From an uncultured Pirellulales bacterium (lineage in GTDB: Bacteria > Planctomycetota > Planctomycetia > Pirellulales > Pb10988), in assembly GCA_964648025.1 (NCBI GenBank), contig CAZYKP010000021.1, forward strand, positions 33,472-97,471: a DNA stretch of 64,000 bases, written 5' to 3'. Made by a program: the position numbers and the translations under genes. The notes below the pieces were generated by a model. That model had not been told where the DNA came from. It was given only the letters and a program-made list of their open reading frames with translations, and made no database searches. Within the stretch, counting starts at the first letter, position 1. Each line of letters starts with the position of its first letter. Shown in pieces: positions 18,372 through 28,992 of this stretch.

Positions 18372-19310
18372 ATGATGGCAGAACAAGAGTTCCAATTTTA
18401 CAGCACATCCGAGCTTCTCAACGTAAAACCGCCTCAGACGCCAGCGGGATTTGAGGAGTTTTGGCAGTGGCGGTACTCCCGGGCGCTGCAGGTCCATCCG
18501 AGACCCGGCATTCGGCATACAGGGCGTCAACGGAATGGCTTTGAACTGTATGACCTGAGCTATCAATCAACGGATGGGGTTGAGATCCATGGTTGGCTGA
18601 CGCTGCCCAATGCTCATTGCGTCAAACGTGTGATGGTGGTCGGTCATGGCTACGGTGGCTGCCCTGAGCCGGGTGACGCGGTGCCGCTTGTCGACGCAGC
18701 TTATCTGTGGCCATGCCTGCGGGGGTTGGGGCGCAGCAAGATCGAGGGTATCCCTGAGGACCCTTACTACCACGTGCTGTATGATATCGACAAACCGGAC
18801 CGCTATATCCTCGGCGGATGCGTGGAAGACGTTTGGCTGGCGGTTTCGGCGGCTGAAAAACTCTTCCCGGCAGCCAAAAACCGCCTCGCTTTGATGGGCA
18901 TCAGCTTTGGGGGGGGCATCGGCGCACTGGCAGCCGCCTGGGACGACCGAATTCGAGCTGCCCACTTTGAAGTCCCCACCTTTGGTCACCAGAAACTGCG
19001 GCTGAGCCTGCCGAGTTGGGGCAGCGCCAGAGCCGTCCAGGACTTCTCACGCAAACACCCCGAGGTTGCCGAGACGTTGGCCTTGTACGATGCCGCGTCG
19101 GCGGCGGCGTTCATCCAGGTGCCTGTCCACATCGCTGCGGCACTTTACGATCCGCTGGTCACTCCGCCGGGGCAATTTGCCATCTACAACGCATTAACAA
19201 GCCAGAGGGACCTCTTCGTATTGGAGCAAGGACACTCCGAATATGCCAATGCAGAGAAGGACCAAAAAGACCTTCTTGAACAACTCAAAAGCTTCTTCGC
19301 AAACTTATGA
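18372..19310 (+). CDS. Acetyl-xylan-esterase / cephalosporin-C-deacetylase-like alpha/beta hydrolase
   Basis: In-frame ATG at 18372. Family-like FEEFWQWRYSRAL, GWLTLP, VVGHGYGG, and nucleophile elbow GISFGGG. Confidence 0.8.
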   Translation: MMAEQEFQFYSTSELLNVKPPQTPAGFEEFWQWRYSRALQVHPRPGIRHTGRQRNGFELYDLSYQSTDGVEIHGWLTLPNAHCVKRVMVVGHGYGGCPEPGDAVPLVDAAYLWPCLRGLGRSKIEGIPEDPYYHVLYDIDKPDRYILGGCVEDVWLAVSAAEKLFPAAKNRLALMGISFGGGIGALAAAWDDRIRAAHFEVPTFGHQKLRLSLPSWGSARAVQDFSRKHPEVAETLALYDAASAAAFIQVPVHIAAALYDPLVTPPGQFAIYNALTSQRDLFVLEQGHSEYANAEKDQKDLLEQLKSFFANL

Positions 19311-20035
19311 ACCGCGAATACCATTGTTGGCACAGCGAGCGTCTGGGCCGGTCGATGGAACTGCTTGTCTTTGGCCATGATGGCGCCAAGGTCCTGATTT
19401 TTCCCACTCGGGACGGACGCTTTTATGAGTACGAGAATCTGGGGCTTGTCCGAGTCCTTCGCGACAAGCTCGATGCTGGAAACCTGCAGCTGTATTGTGT
19501 CGACAGCATCGACCATGAAAGTTTGTATTGCTGGTGGCGTCATCCGGCTGATCGGATCCGACGCCACATTCAGTTTGAAGAATATATTCTCAACGAAGTC
19601 TTGCCTTTGATGAATGGCAAGAACAAACATCCTTGTACGATTGCACACGGCTGCAGCTTGGGTGCTTTCCACGCAGCCAATATCGCTTTTCGGCATCCCC
19701 ACCTCTTTCAGAAGCTCTGTGCATTTTCCGGCCGTTATGACTTATGTCTGCAGGTCGAAAGCTTCTCTAATCTTTTTGAAGGGTATTATGATGAGAATAT
19801 CTATTTTCATTCCCCATCCCATTACTTGCCTGGCCTACAATGTGAAGCACGCCTGGGTGCCCTGCGAAACATGGACGTCGTCCTGACCATCGGAAACGAA
19901 GACCCCTTCCTCGAGAACAATCTTCGCCTCTCTGAGACACTCTGGAGCAAACACATCTGGCACGCACTGCATCGTTGGGATGGAAGGGCCCATCGAGGTC
20001 GCTACTGGCGCAAAATGGCCGAGCTCTATCTTTAG
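19307..20035 (+). CDS. Esterase-family alpha/beta hydrolase (putative esterase/esterase D-like)
   Basis: 242-aa ORF. Nucleophile elbow HGCSLGAFHAANIAFRHPHLF. The start ATG overlaps the upstream stop (ATGA at 19307-19310). Confidence 0.8.
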   Translation: MNREYHCWHSERLGRSMELLVFGHDGAKVLIFPTRDGRFYEYENLGLVRVLRDKLDAGNLQLYCVDSIDHESLYCWWRHPADRIRRHIQFEEYILNEVLPLMNGKNKHPCTIAHGCSLGAFHAANIAFRHPHLFQKLCAFSGRYDLCLQVESFSNLFEGYYDENIYFHSPSHYLPGLQCEARLGALRNMDVVLTIGNEDPFLENNLRLSETLWSKHIWHALHRWDGRAHRGRYWRKMAELYL

Positions 20036-20465
20036 CATTCAGCTGTTGCTCTGGTCCCCTTAGTTGTTGCCCTGGTTCTCCAGCGGCTCGCCTGGGGCTG
20101 ATTGACCCTGACGATCTCGGGCAAATCAAGATTGCTCTAGAAACTTATCCAGAGATTTTTTTCATCAATTTGGGGTCAATTGAATTACTCTAGATTACCA
20201 ACCTTGTCGACGAGGGTATCCCCGTGTCCTTGTTCTCAGAAACGACACCAATGGACGGACCCTCCAAGGTGCTTCCGAAAGCGAAGCAGCACAACACACA
20301 ACGGCCGAAGCGAACACAAGCAGTCCTGAAATGTTCTTTGCTTTTGCTGGTGATCGCCTATGGCCATCCAGGCCTCGCTCTTGCGGATCTTCCTGGTCGG
20401 CTCCACCTGGTTGATGAGGCGGCTCTCCCGCAACCTCCCGCACCGGAAGTCCTCTTTCTGTCGGA

Positions 20466-20615
20466 CTTACTGACCTTAGGAGAAGTGTTCGACCCAGGGC
20501 TTTCCGTCTGCCCTTGTTTGAGATGACCTCAAGGGGGCAGCCTGAGGCACCACCGCAAGCCCGGATTGCCGAACGAAACGCCCCGCTTCGTCGAAGACTT
20601 TTCAGGGAATCAGTA
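20466..20615 (+). repeat. Family B element, copy B3
   Basis: cttactgaccttaggagaagtgttcgacccagggctttccgtctgcccttgtttgagatgacctcaagggggcagcc...cgaagacttttcagggaatcagta. Confidence 0.85.
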
Positions 20616-20845
20616 GTACCAATGCAAGCTCCATCATCAGCAGAAGCGGGTCGGGACGTATCGCCTGATGTGTCAGCCCTTGCATCTGATGCCATAGTGA
20701 TGTGCCGCAGGAGGCCATCGAAGAGCCTTCCCGTCCCGAGGGAGCCACCAACCGCAGTGAAGGGTTGTCGAGCTGGTTGGCCTGCCTAAGATGCCGGAGT
20801 TTACCCAGCTCTTTGGGGGGCCTTAAGAGTTTGATGGGCAGTTGG

Positions 20846-20961
20846 TAGTGCCTTGTTTCCTATGATTTTGGCAGTCGGTTGATTTTGGCAGTCGGTTGGA
20901 CGTGAATCCCCCGATTCCAGGAGAACCAACTGCCAAATCAGAAGGAAACCGACCACTAGGT
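20846..20961 (+). repeat. Family C palindromic element, copy C1 (2 internal 17-bp units)
   Basis: tagtgccttgtttcctatgattttggcagtcggtt(gattttggcagtcggtt)ggacgtgaatcccccgattcc...ccaactgccaaatcagaaggaaaccgaccactaggt. Ends 11 nt before the ATG at 20972. Confidence 0.85.
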
Positions 20962-20971
20962 GGGTTCCTTC

Positions 20972-22387
20972 ATGACTGCTACGCAGCGACAGAAGGTGTT
21001 AATCGCCGGTGCTTCCGGCTTTGTGGGGCGTGCCGCCCGGCAGGCGTTACGCGAGGACTTTGACCTGATTGGCTTGAGCCGTGGTGATCAGCAGGGCACT
21101 CCCGGGGTCGAGTGGCGAACTTGCGATTTGTTGTCGTTGTTGCAACTTGAGCAAGCGGTCCAGGGAGCGGATCTGGCGTTGTATCTCGTTCACTCGATGC
21201 TCCCTGCGGCTCTGACTCAGGCCAACTTCGGCGACATGGACCTGATCCTCGCGGATAACTTCGCCCGTTCTGCCAAGAAGGCGGGAATTCGGCAGATCGT
21301 GTATCTGGGCGGTCTGATTCCCGAAGACGAGTCACGCCTTTCTAATCATCTGGCAAGCCGCTTGGAGGTCGAAGGCGTCTTGGCTTCAAGCGGGGTTCCG
21401 GTGACGACACTGCGAGCGGGGTTGATCATTGGAGCAGGGGGGTCGTCTTTTCAGATCATGCACCGGCTGGCCGAGCGGCTGCCGGTGATGGTTTGTCCTC
21501 CTTGGACACTCTCCAAGACACAACCAGTTAGCGTGCGTGACGTCGTCGCGGCGATGAAGTGGGCCTTGGGAAGACCTGAGTCCTACGGGAAAACTTTCGA
21601 CATCGGCGGGCCTGATGTGATGACCTATCAGGGCATGATGGAAAGGACGGCGTTGGCCTGTTGTGGCAAGAAGCCGCTGATTGCCAATGTCCCGGTCTTT
21701 CCGCTGAGCCTTTCGGTGGCGTCGATCCGAATGATCACCGGTGCCCATGCAGAGTTAGTCCGCCCGCTTGTACAAAGCCTGCGGCACGACATGTGCGTGC
21801 GACCCGACTTCAAAATTCCAGCGTTGGCTGGCACGGAACTCTCTTTTGATGAGGCCCTTGAGCAGGCGATCCAAGGAGAACCTCAGACGAAAAAGTCTCC
21901 TCGACATTTGAAGCGGTCCGAGGCGTCTGCCCTGGTGGAAGGCTATGTCGTCTCCATCCAGCGTCTGCCTCTGCCCGAGGGAAAAGATGCAGAATGGGTC
22001 GCACGCGAGTACGCTCGTTGGCTGCCGAGGTTGTTGAGATTTCTGCTGACTGTCGACGTTGATGAGCAATTGAATCTGCAAGTCAGGCTCTTTGGGCTTC
22101 GGACACCGCTGTTGCGACTGAGCTATTCAGAAAGCCGGTCGACTCCCGATCGCACACTCTATTACATCACAGGCGGACTGTTGAGTTCTCCGCCACCGGA
22201 GGAAGACTATCGTGCCCCTGCGCGGCTGGAGTTCCGCGAAACTCCAGACCGCAAGAGTGTGATGGCAGCAATCTTCAATTACCGTCCGAGAATCCCTTGG
22301 TTTCTCTATCGTATGACGCAAGCTCGCGTGCATTTGATCGTGATGAAGCTTTTTGGTTGGCATCTGCGTCGTGTCGACCGGTCATAG
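20972..22387 (+). CDS. NAD(P)H-binding (NmrA/atypical SDR-like) protein with additional C-terminal domain
   Basis: ATG at 20972. Rossmann motif KVLIAGASGFVGRAA. The ~170-aa C-terminal extension resembles the domain commonly fused to this SDR class (DUF2867-like, from memory). Confidence 0.8.
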   Translation: MTATQRQKVLIAGASGFVGRAARQALREDFDLIGLSRGDQQGTPGVEWRTCDLLSLLQLEQAVQGADLALYLVHSMLPAALTQANFGDMDLILADNFARSAKKAGIRQIVYLGGLIPEDESRLSNHLASRLEVEGVLASSGVPVTTLRAGLIIGAGGSSFQIMHRLAERLPVMVCPPWTLSKTQPVSVRDVVAAMKWALGRPESYGKTFDIGGPDVMTYQGMMERTALACCGKKPLIANVPVFPLSLSVASIRMITGAHAELVRPLVQSLRHDMCVRPDFKIPALAGTELSFDEALEQAIQGEPQTKKSPRHLKRSEASALVEGYVVSIQRLPLPEGKDAEWVAREYARWLPRLLRFLLTVDVDEQLNLQVRLFGLRTPLLRLSYSESRSTPDRTLYYITGGLLSSPPPEEDYRAPARLEFRETPDRKSVMAAIFNYRPRIPWFLYRMTQARVHLIVMKLFGWHLRRVDRS

Positions 22388-22576
22388 CTGTCTCGGACAC
22401 GTCCGGGTCAACGGAGAGACCCTGATTGTGACCCAATCCCGTTGGCCCACCGCCAAAGATGAGGTGTGAGCACACTCCCTAGAGGTGACGACGCTCCCTC
22501 GCGTCGACAGGGGACTTGCTCAAGCTGAACCGAAACGCAAGTGGGTTCTTTTTGCGCTGGTCCCACGAACCTGACC

Positions 22577-22630
22577 CGGAACTTGATTCTTACTCGGAAC
22601 TCGATTCTTACTCGGAACTCGATTCTTACT
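22577..22630. repeat. 3 x 18-bp tandem array
   Basis: cggaact(t/c)gattcttact x3, in the convergent intergenic region between 22387 and 22816. Confidence 0.9.
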
Positions 22631-22815
22631 CCGGACCCGGAAGGCCCCGGACTGTTTCCCACCGATTGACCGAGCTGGGCAGCATCGCGTTCTGAGCTTG
22701 AACAATGCCCGGGAAAAAAATCCGCCAGCGAGAATGCCCACCATCGGTCCGTTGCGGTGCTGCGTATTCGCTGGCGGTTCATTGTCATCGTTGCAAAAGG
22801 ATTCCAACGATCCGA

Positions 22816-24369
22816 TCACTGAGATCTCTGGGATCGACGACGCTTGCGTTCCGGCTGAGCATCCTCAGGAACATTGTACTGCTCGCGGAGTCGCTGGAGC
22901 TCTCCCTTCAGTTCGCTGATGACGCTGGCGTAGTTGGGATTGTCATACTGGCTGGTCAATTCATTGGGATCTTTGCTTAGATCAAAAAATTCCCATTCGT
23001 CCAGCCGATAAAAGTAGATCAGCTTGTACTTGTCGGTGCGAACACCGTAATGCTGGCGGACACTGTGGGGGCCGGGAAACTCGTAATAGTGGTAGTAGAA
23101 ACTCTTCCGCCAGTCTTTGGGGGTATTTCCTTTGAGCAAGGGCACCAGACTGCGGCCTTGCATATCATCCGGCAGAGGCGCTCCGGCGATCTCCAAGAAC
23201 GTCTGGGCAAAATCGAGGTTGGAGGTGATATCGTTGTTTTCGCTGCCGGGTTTGGTCACGCCAGGCCACCTGACCAACAGGGGAGTTCGCAGGGACTCCT
23301 CGTACATCCAGCGTTTGTCGTACCACCCGTGCTCACCCAGATACCAACCTTGATCTGAGGAATACACCACAACGGTGTTCTCTGCCAAACCGGATTCATC
23401 CAGATAATTGAGAAGGCGTCCCAGCCCTTCGTCGACGGAATCAACACAGCGGAGGTAATCCTTGGCATAACGCTGATACTTCCACTTGACGAGTTCCTCT
23501 CCCTGGAGGTTGGCCTTCTGAAAGGCCTTGTTCTTGGGGCCGTAGGCAGCCTCCCAACGCGCTTTTTGCTCAGGCTTCAGGTTTCTCGGCGCGACCAGCT
23601 TGAGATCGTATGGCGTGAGGTGCTTCTCGATGGTCATCGTCTGTGTGGAGGCCGGGCTCTTGCGTCCGGAGTAATCGTCCCACAGAGTCGCCGGTTCTGG
23701 CAGAGTGACGTCATCGTATTTGGTCAGGTACTTCGGGCCCGGCTGCCAGTTGCGGTGGGGGGCCTTGTGCTGGCACATCAGCATAAAGGGCTTACTGGAA
23801 TCCCTCTGCTCTTGGAGCCAGTTCAGCGTCTTGTCGATAATCAGATCGGTGGTGTAACCGGTGTGCTTGACGACGACCACCTCGCCTTTCTCGTTTCTGG
23901 TCCTCATGGGCGGGTTGTAATAAGGGCCTTGGCCCAACAGCACATCGAAGTGGTCGTACCCTTGAGGGACGGTCCCGAGGTGCCACTTGCCGATGATGGC
24001 AGTTTGGTAACCGGCCTTTTGGAGCAACTTGGGAAAGGTCTGCTGGTTTCCGTTGAAGCGTTGGCCGTTGCGGGTGAATCCATTGAGGTGAGAGTGTTTG
24101 CCGGTCTGGATCACCGCTCGGCTGGGACCGCAAATGGAATTGGTCACAAAGCAGTTGTGAAACATCATGCCCTCTCGGGCCAGCCGGTCCATGTTCGGAG
24201 TCTTGTTGCGGTTGGAACCGTAGCAGCTCATCGCCTGAATACAGTGATCGTCGGTAAAGACGAACAGAACATTCGGCCGTTTACCCTCAGCCGACTGCTG
24301 AGCCGAGAACGCAGTCAAGGCCGAGGCAAGAACCACGGCCACCGCCAACAGCGAAGGTTTCATCAGCAT
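22816..24369 (-). CDS. Formylglycine-dependent sulfatase (S1 family)
   Basis: Signal peptide [23 protein letters not shown] (ATG 24369 or 24363). [11 protein letters not shown] and the CxPSR site [14 protein letters not shown]. Confidence 0.9.
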   Translation of the reverse strand: MLMKPSLLAVAVVLASALTAFSAQQSAEGKRPNVLFVFTDDHCIQAMSCYGSNRNKTPNMDRLAREGMMFHNCFVTNSICGPSRAVIQTGKHSHLNGFTRNGQRFNGNQQTFPKLLQKAGYQTAIIGKWHLGTVPQGYDHFDVLLGQGPYYNPPMRTRNEKGEVVVVKHTGYTTDLIIDKTLNWLQEQRDSSKPFMLMCQHKAPHRNWQPGPKYLTKYDDVTLPEPATLWDDYSGRKSPASTQTMTIEKHLTPYDLKLVAPRNLKPEQKARWEAAYGPKNKAFQKANLQGEELVKWKYQRYAKDYLRCVDSVDEGLGRLLNYLDESGLAENTVVVYSSDQGWYLGEHGWYDKRWMYEESLRTPLLVRWPGVTKPGSENNDITSNLDFAQTFLEIAGAPLPDDMQGRSLVPLLKGNTPKDWRKSFYYHYYEFPGPHSVRQHYGVRTDKYKLIYFYRLDEWEFFDLSKDPNELTSQYDNPNYASVISELKGELQRLREQYNVPEDAQPERKRRRSQRSQ

Positions 24370-24838
24370 CTTCTTCAATAGCAAAAAAGGAATTACACGG
24401 GAAACTAGTGTCACAGGCTTTCTCAAGCCTGAAGAGTCGATCAAGCATGACCACCCAGAGGGTTAACTTAGTCCCGCTGTCCGACCTCGACCACCCGGAG
24501 GGCCAATCCAGAAAGCTCAACCACGCCGCGGCCACGCCAACCAAGAGGTCAGCCGGGCGGTTGTGCTTCCCCTGAAAAAAACATCCTCCCCAAAGCTCAG
24601 CCGGCCAACTCAGCCGGCCAACTCAGCCGACAAAATCAGGCGGAGGACCGATCAGGAAAGATCGACCAGCTGCAAACGATTGACATTGCCTCAAACCGGC
24701 TCGCTGGCTAACTTTCCCGCTCAACCAGTCTTCGTTCCTGGAAATCCTTGGCCTGCATTTGGGTTATTGAGAGGACTGCTTCGTTGCAGCGACCGATGCG
24801 GCTCCCCTCGGACATGGATGTTGAGGGAGAAACACCAA

Positions 24839-27800
24839 ATGAGTGAATGTCCGTGTTCTCTGTGCTGGCGACCTTCCCGATCGCTCTTGAGCCGATGCTG
24901 GGGGCTGTGGGTCACCAGTCTGGTTGTGTTTTCAGGGATCTTGCCGGTCACCGGTGGCCCCGCCTTCGCAGCGGAGGCGCAGTGGGTGTGGTACCCTGAG
25001 CGGGACCCCAGCAGCGTGGCGGCGGTCAGCCGCTACTTCCGCAAAACATTTTCCATGAGTGATCCGGTCAGCGGACTGGTCGAGATCACCTGTGACGACG
25101 CGTACCAGTTGTGGGTCAACGGCCAGCGAGTGGGCGGAGACAAGGATGTCACCACTCTCGAGGAATTTGAGATCGGCCCCTATTTGCGTCGCGGGAAGAA
25201 CGTAGTGTCCGTGCGAGCCCAAAACCTCACAGCGGGCTCGCCGGCCGGGTTGGCTGTGCGGCTGATTGTCAAGGACGCTGGTCACACCGAGGTGACGCAT
25301 TCGTCCGATAAGACCTGGAAGACCAACAGTTATGGCCCACGCGGTTGGAGTACTCCGAAATTCAACGATGTGCGGTGGACGGCCGCTCGGGAACTCGGGC
25401 CGCTGGGAGGGACACTGCCCTGGCGAGGCAAGGTCAAAGGTGTCGGTGGTGGATCGCTCAGCCGATTCACAACCCCACCGGGCTTCCATGTCGAGCAAGT
25501 GGTCCCCCCGGAGAAAACCGGCAGTGTCGTTGCCATTGCCTTCAACGAGCGGGGCGACCTGATCATCAGCCGCGAGCGTGGACCGCTGTTGATGGCCCGT
25601 CATGATGATGAGCACGGCCTGGAAGACCAGGTGAGCCTGTATGCCGACCAGATCACCGATTGCCAAGGGATCCTGCCGCTTAATGGAATGGTCTTTGCAG
25701 TGGGCCGTGGCCCCGATGGGCCAGGCCTCTGCCGGCTACGCGATGCCGACCAGGATGGCACAGCCGATGAGTGTTCCACCTTGATGAAATTTGAGGGTGG
25801 CATGACCGAGCATGGCCCGCATTGCGTCGTGCTCGGACCAGAAGGCCTGATCTATGTGGCCTTAGGTAACCACGCTCGCTGCATGATGCCGCCTCAGCCA
25901 AGCAGCCCCTATCACCATTTTTATGAAGGCGATTTGCTCCGCCCGCGTTACGAAGACCCCGGCGGTCACGCCAATGGGATCCGTGCTCCTGGGGGGACGG
26001 TCATCCGCACCGATGCCAGCGGAACCTTCTGCGAAGTCTTCTGCGGCGGACTTCGCAACCACTACGACATGGCGTTCCACCGGAGCGGGGAGCTCTTAAC
26101 CGTCGATAGCGACATGGAGTGGGATGCTGGACTGCCCTGGTACCGTCCTGCCCGAGTTCATCATCTGATCCCGGGGGGCGAATATGGCTGGCGTAGTGGT
26201 TGGGCCAAATGGCCCCAGTATTTTGCTGACAATCTCCCGCCAGTCCATGAGATGGGCCGAGGAAGCCCAGCCGGGGTGACCTTCTACCATCACCACCGTC
26301 TCCCTCAGCAGTATCGGGGCGCCTTGCTGGTCTGCGATTGGTCTCAAGGACAGATCCTGGCGGTGTATCCACTGGAGCACCAAGGCAGCTTTCAGGCCAC
26401 CAGCGACGTGCTTGTGGAGGGGCGACCCCTCAACGCCACCGATATCGCCGTAGGTCCCGACGGATGGGTGTACTTTGCCACCGGAGGACGGGGGACCGAG
26501 GGGGGCATCTACCGACTCACCTACGATAGGTCGGTGCCGGCCCCGCCACCGGCAACGGGGATCGCCGCTGCGGTCCGTCAGCCGCAGCTGCAGAGCGCAT
26601 GGGGACGCGACCAGGTCGCCCGCATCCGGCTGAAGATGGGGAAACGCTGGACCAAGAACTTAGTAGAGTTCATCAGCGATACCTCCAATAACCCCAGTGA
26701 CCGCGCTCGGGGACTGGACTTCATGCAACTGGTGGGACCGTTTCCGTCGCATACGTTTCTGGCGAAACTTGCCAGCGACCCGAGTCCGATTGTCCGTGCC
26801 AAGGCCGCGTACTTGATGGGGATTCATGCCAATGAGCAGACAGCGGCCGCCTTAACGCTGCTGATCGAAGATGCCGATCCCATGGTGGTGCGTGTGGCTT
26901 GTGAAAGCCTAGTCCGCGCCCGTCAGCAGGCGCCGCTTGACAAGCTCTTTCGCTTGCTGGAGGCAGCCCCGCAGCCTGTTCGGTTTGCCGCGATCCGCCT
27001 TCTGCAGGCAACACCGCAGGATCGCTGGGAACCCACGATTCTCACCAGCGAGAATCCTTCGACATTTATTTGGGGATCGATGGCTTTGTTGCCGTTGGTT
27101 GACGACGATGAAGTGCTGGAGGGCATCATCGCTCGAAGCCGTCATTTTTTACGTGGCTATCTGACCGATCAGGAGTTTTTAGGGCTCTTGCGTGTGCTTC
27201 AACTGACGCTGCTCAAGGGGCCGCGTGACCAAGAAGCTCTGTTGGAGCTCTCGGCCGATTTGGCCGAAGAGTATCCCGCCGGCGATCCGCGGATGAATCG
27301 AGAATTGGTGCGACTGTTGGTGCATCTGCAGGAAACCAGTGTGGTGGATCGCCTCATCGCTGAGCTGGTCAACGACGCTGTCCCCCTCCAAGAGCGTTTG
27401 CATTTGGCCAGCTGCCTTCGCTTTTTGCAAACCGGCTGGACCACCGAACAGAAGACCACGCTGTTGGCGTTTTATGAGGCCGCGAGGCTCTTGGATGGTG
27501 GTGAGAGCCTAGCTCGCTATTTAGACAATATTGCTCGAGACTTTTTGGCCAATCTTTCGCCACGTGAGCGAGGGATGCTGCTTGCTCGTGGGGCCAAGAT
27601 GCCGGGAATGGCCCTGCAGGTCTTACGCAGCTGTCCCAAGGAGCTCTCTGAGGCACAGGTCGATACACTGCTGGACTTGGATATTTCCTTGGCTGGCCGA
27701 ACTGATCGTGCTGCGCAGGAATTGGCCACCGGGCTGATGGCGGTGTTGGGGCAAAGCAGCGATGAGCATGCGTTAGATTACATCCGCAGTTTATTCGATG

Positions 27801-28669
27801 AGTATCCTGAACGTCGTAGCGACGTTGCCATGGTTCTCTCGACCCGGCCGACGGACGAATTGGAAGAAGCGAAACTCAATTGGCCGTTGTTGATTCGCGC
27901 ATTGCCGCCAGCGGATTCGGTCACCGCGGAGATGATTCTGGAGGCGCTGGCGAAAATCCGCCTCAAGCCGGTCAAGAGTGAACCGACACGGCAGGTGATT
28001 TTGGCAGGACTGCGGCTTGGTGATGAGGGCGGCCATTTTGCCCTGGAGGTACTCCGGCTCTGGCATCGTCGCAAACTTGCCACTCCGGGAGATCGTCCCC
28101 TGGAGGCACTCGCCAAATGGCAGGACTGGTTTGCCCAGAACTTCCCTGAGAGCCCACCAGCAACCCTGCCTGTGGATGATCCCAACAGCCGCTGGCACTT
28201 TGAGGAACTGGCTGATTTCCTGACCAGCGAGGAGGGATTGCAGGGTGACTGGGAGTACGGTCGCGACCTGTTCATCAACAAGGGCCGCTGTGCTGCCTGT
28301 CACCGACATGGCTCAGTCGGAGAACGCACCGGACCCGACCTCTCTCGAGTCGGCAGCCGCTTCCAACGAGTGGAGATCCTCGAGTCGATTCTTTTCCCCT
28401 CCCAAGTCATTAGCGACCAATACCAGAGCCGGACCGTTGTGACCACCGATGGGAAGGTTGTCACGGGCATTTTGGGATCCGGCGGGACCAACTCTGTGGT
28501 CGTTCTGACTCCCAGTGGGAAAAAAGTGGAGATTCCCAAAAGCGAAATCGAGGATATCGGAATCAGCCGCAACAGCGCCATGCCCGATGGCCTGCTGGAT
28601 CACTTCACCGAAGAGGAGATTGCCGACCTGTTCTTCTTTTTGACCTCACCGCCGGAAGACTCTCCCTAA
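24839..28669 (+). CDS. Giant heme-binding (CxxCH) / HEAT-repeat / beta-propeller dehydrogenase-like protein
   Basis: ATG at 24839 (or 24818) precedes a signal/TM. N-terminal sugar-binding-like module (AQWVWYPE...ITCDDAYQLWVNGQRVG), a propeller-like middle and HEAT-like repeats. C-terminal GRCAACHRHGSVGERTGPDLSRVG...ILFPSQVISDQY is typical of the planctomycete/verrucomicrobial heme-binding domain. Confidence 0.85.
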   Translation: MSECPCSLCWRPSRSLLSRCWGLWVTSLVVFSGILPVTGGPAFAAEAQWVWYPERDPSSVAAVSRYFRKTFSMSDPVSGLVEITCDDAYQLWVNGQRVGGDKDVTTLEEFEIGPYLRRGKNVVSVRAQNLTAGSPAGLAVRLIVKDAGHTEVTHSSDKTWKTNSYGPRGWSTPKFNDVRWTAARELGPLGGTLPWRGKVKGVGGGSLSRFTTPPGFHVEQVVPPEKTGSVVAIAFNERGDLIISRERGPLLMARHDDEHGLEDQVSLYADQITDCQGILPLNGMVFAVGRGPDGPGLCRLRDADQDGTADECSTLMKFEGGMTEHGPHCVVLGPEGLIYVALGNHARCMMPPQPSSPYHHFYEGDLLRPRYEDPGGHANGIRAPGGTVIRTDASGTFCEVFCGGLRNHYDMAFHRSGELLTVDSDMEWDAGLPWYRPARVHHLIPGGEYGWRSGWAKWPQYFADNLPPVHEMGRGSPAGVTFYHHHRLPQQYRGALLVCDWSQGQILAVYPLEHQGSFQATSDVLVEGRPLNATDIAVGPDGWVYFATGGRGTEGGIYRLTYDRSVPAPPPATGIAAAVRQPQLQSAWGRDQVARIRLKMGKRWTKNLVEFISDTSNNPSDRARGLDFMQLVGPFPSHTFLAKLASDPSPIVRAKAAYLMGIHANEQTAAALTLLIEDADPMVVRVACESLVRARQQAPLDKLFRLLEAAPQPVRFAAIRLLQATPQDRWEPTILTSENPSTFIWGSMALLPLVDDDEVLEGIIARSRHFLRGYLTDQEFLGLLRVLQLTLLKGPRDQEALLELSADLAEEYPAGDPRMNRELVRLLVHLQETSVVDRLIAELVNDAVPLQERLHLASCLRFLQTGWTTEQKTTLLAFYEAARLLDGGESLARYLDNIARDFLANLSPRERGMLLARGAKMPGMALQVLRSCPKELSEAQVDTLLDLDISLAGRTDRAAQELATGLMAVLGQSSDEHALDYIRSLFDEYPERRSDVAMVLSTRPTDELEEAKLNWPLLIRALPPADSVTAEMILEALAKIRLKPVKSEPTRQVILAGLRLGDEGGHFALEVLRLWHRRKLATPGDRPLEALAKWQDWFAQNFPESPPATLPVDDPNSRWHFEELADFLTSEEGLQGDWEYGRDLFINKGRCAACHRHGSVGERTGPDLSRVGSRFQRVEILESILFPSQVISDQYQSRTVVTTDGKVVTGILGSGGTNSVVVLTPSGKKVEIPKSEIEDIGISRNSAMPDGLLDHFTEEEIADLFFFLTSPPEDSP

Positions 28670-28877
28670 AATCACCAACCTGCGAGCGTTCGGACAGCCC
28701 TATCCGTTCAGCTCAGGGAGTCTCCCCGCCGAGGCCACCAGTTCCGAAATCGACCCTACTGACCCCTGCTGATGACCCGGTCCGATGATCAAATTGGGCT
28801 GAGACCGATGCCCACTGATCGTCTGATGACCCTTTGAGGCAAATCGCACAAGATCCGGCTCTGTCCGCTCCCAAGCT

Positions 28878-28976
28878 TTGTGCCTTGTTTCCTGGGATTC
28901 TGGCAGTCGGTTCGACGCGGATCCTCCGATTCAACGAGAACCCAATTGGCCAATCAGAAGGCAACGGACCACTCGA
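28878..28976 (+). repeat. Family C element, copy C2 (diverged, one internal unit)
   Basis: ttgtgccttgtttcctgggattctggcagtcggttcgacgcggatcctccgattc...ttggccaatcagaaggcaacggaccactcgac. Confidence 0.75.
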
Positions 28977-28992
28977 CGGGGCACTCGGGTCA

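Noticed and set aside
20195-20695. 166-aa minus-strand ORF, and similar ORFs at 2698-3138, 11684-12049, 11721-11915, 20514-20789 and 8140-8397
   Set aside because: Their sequences are translations of repeat families A and B (recurring AFRLPLFVMTS.GQPEAP, RRRLFRES, PAQR.GWQI strings). They have no independent coding signal.
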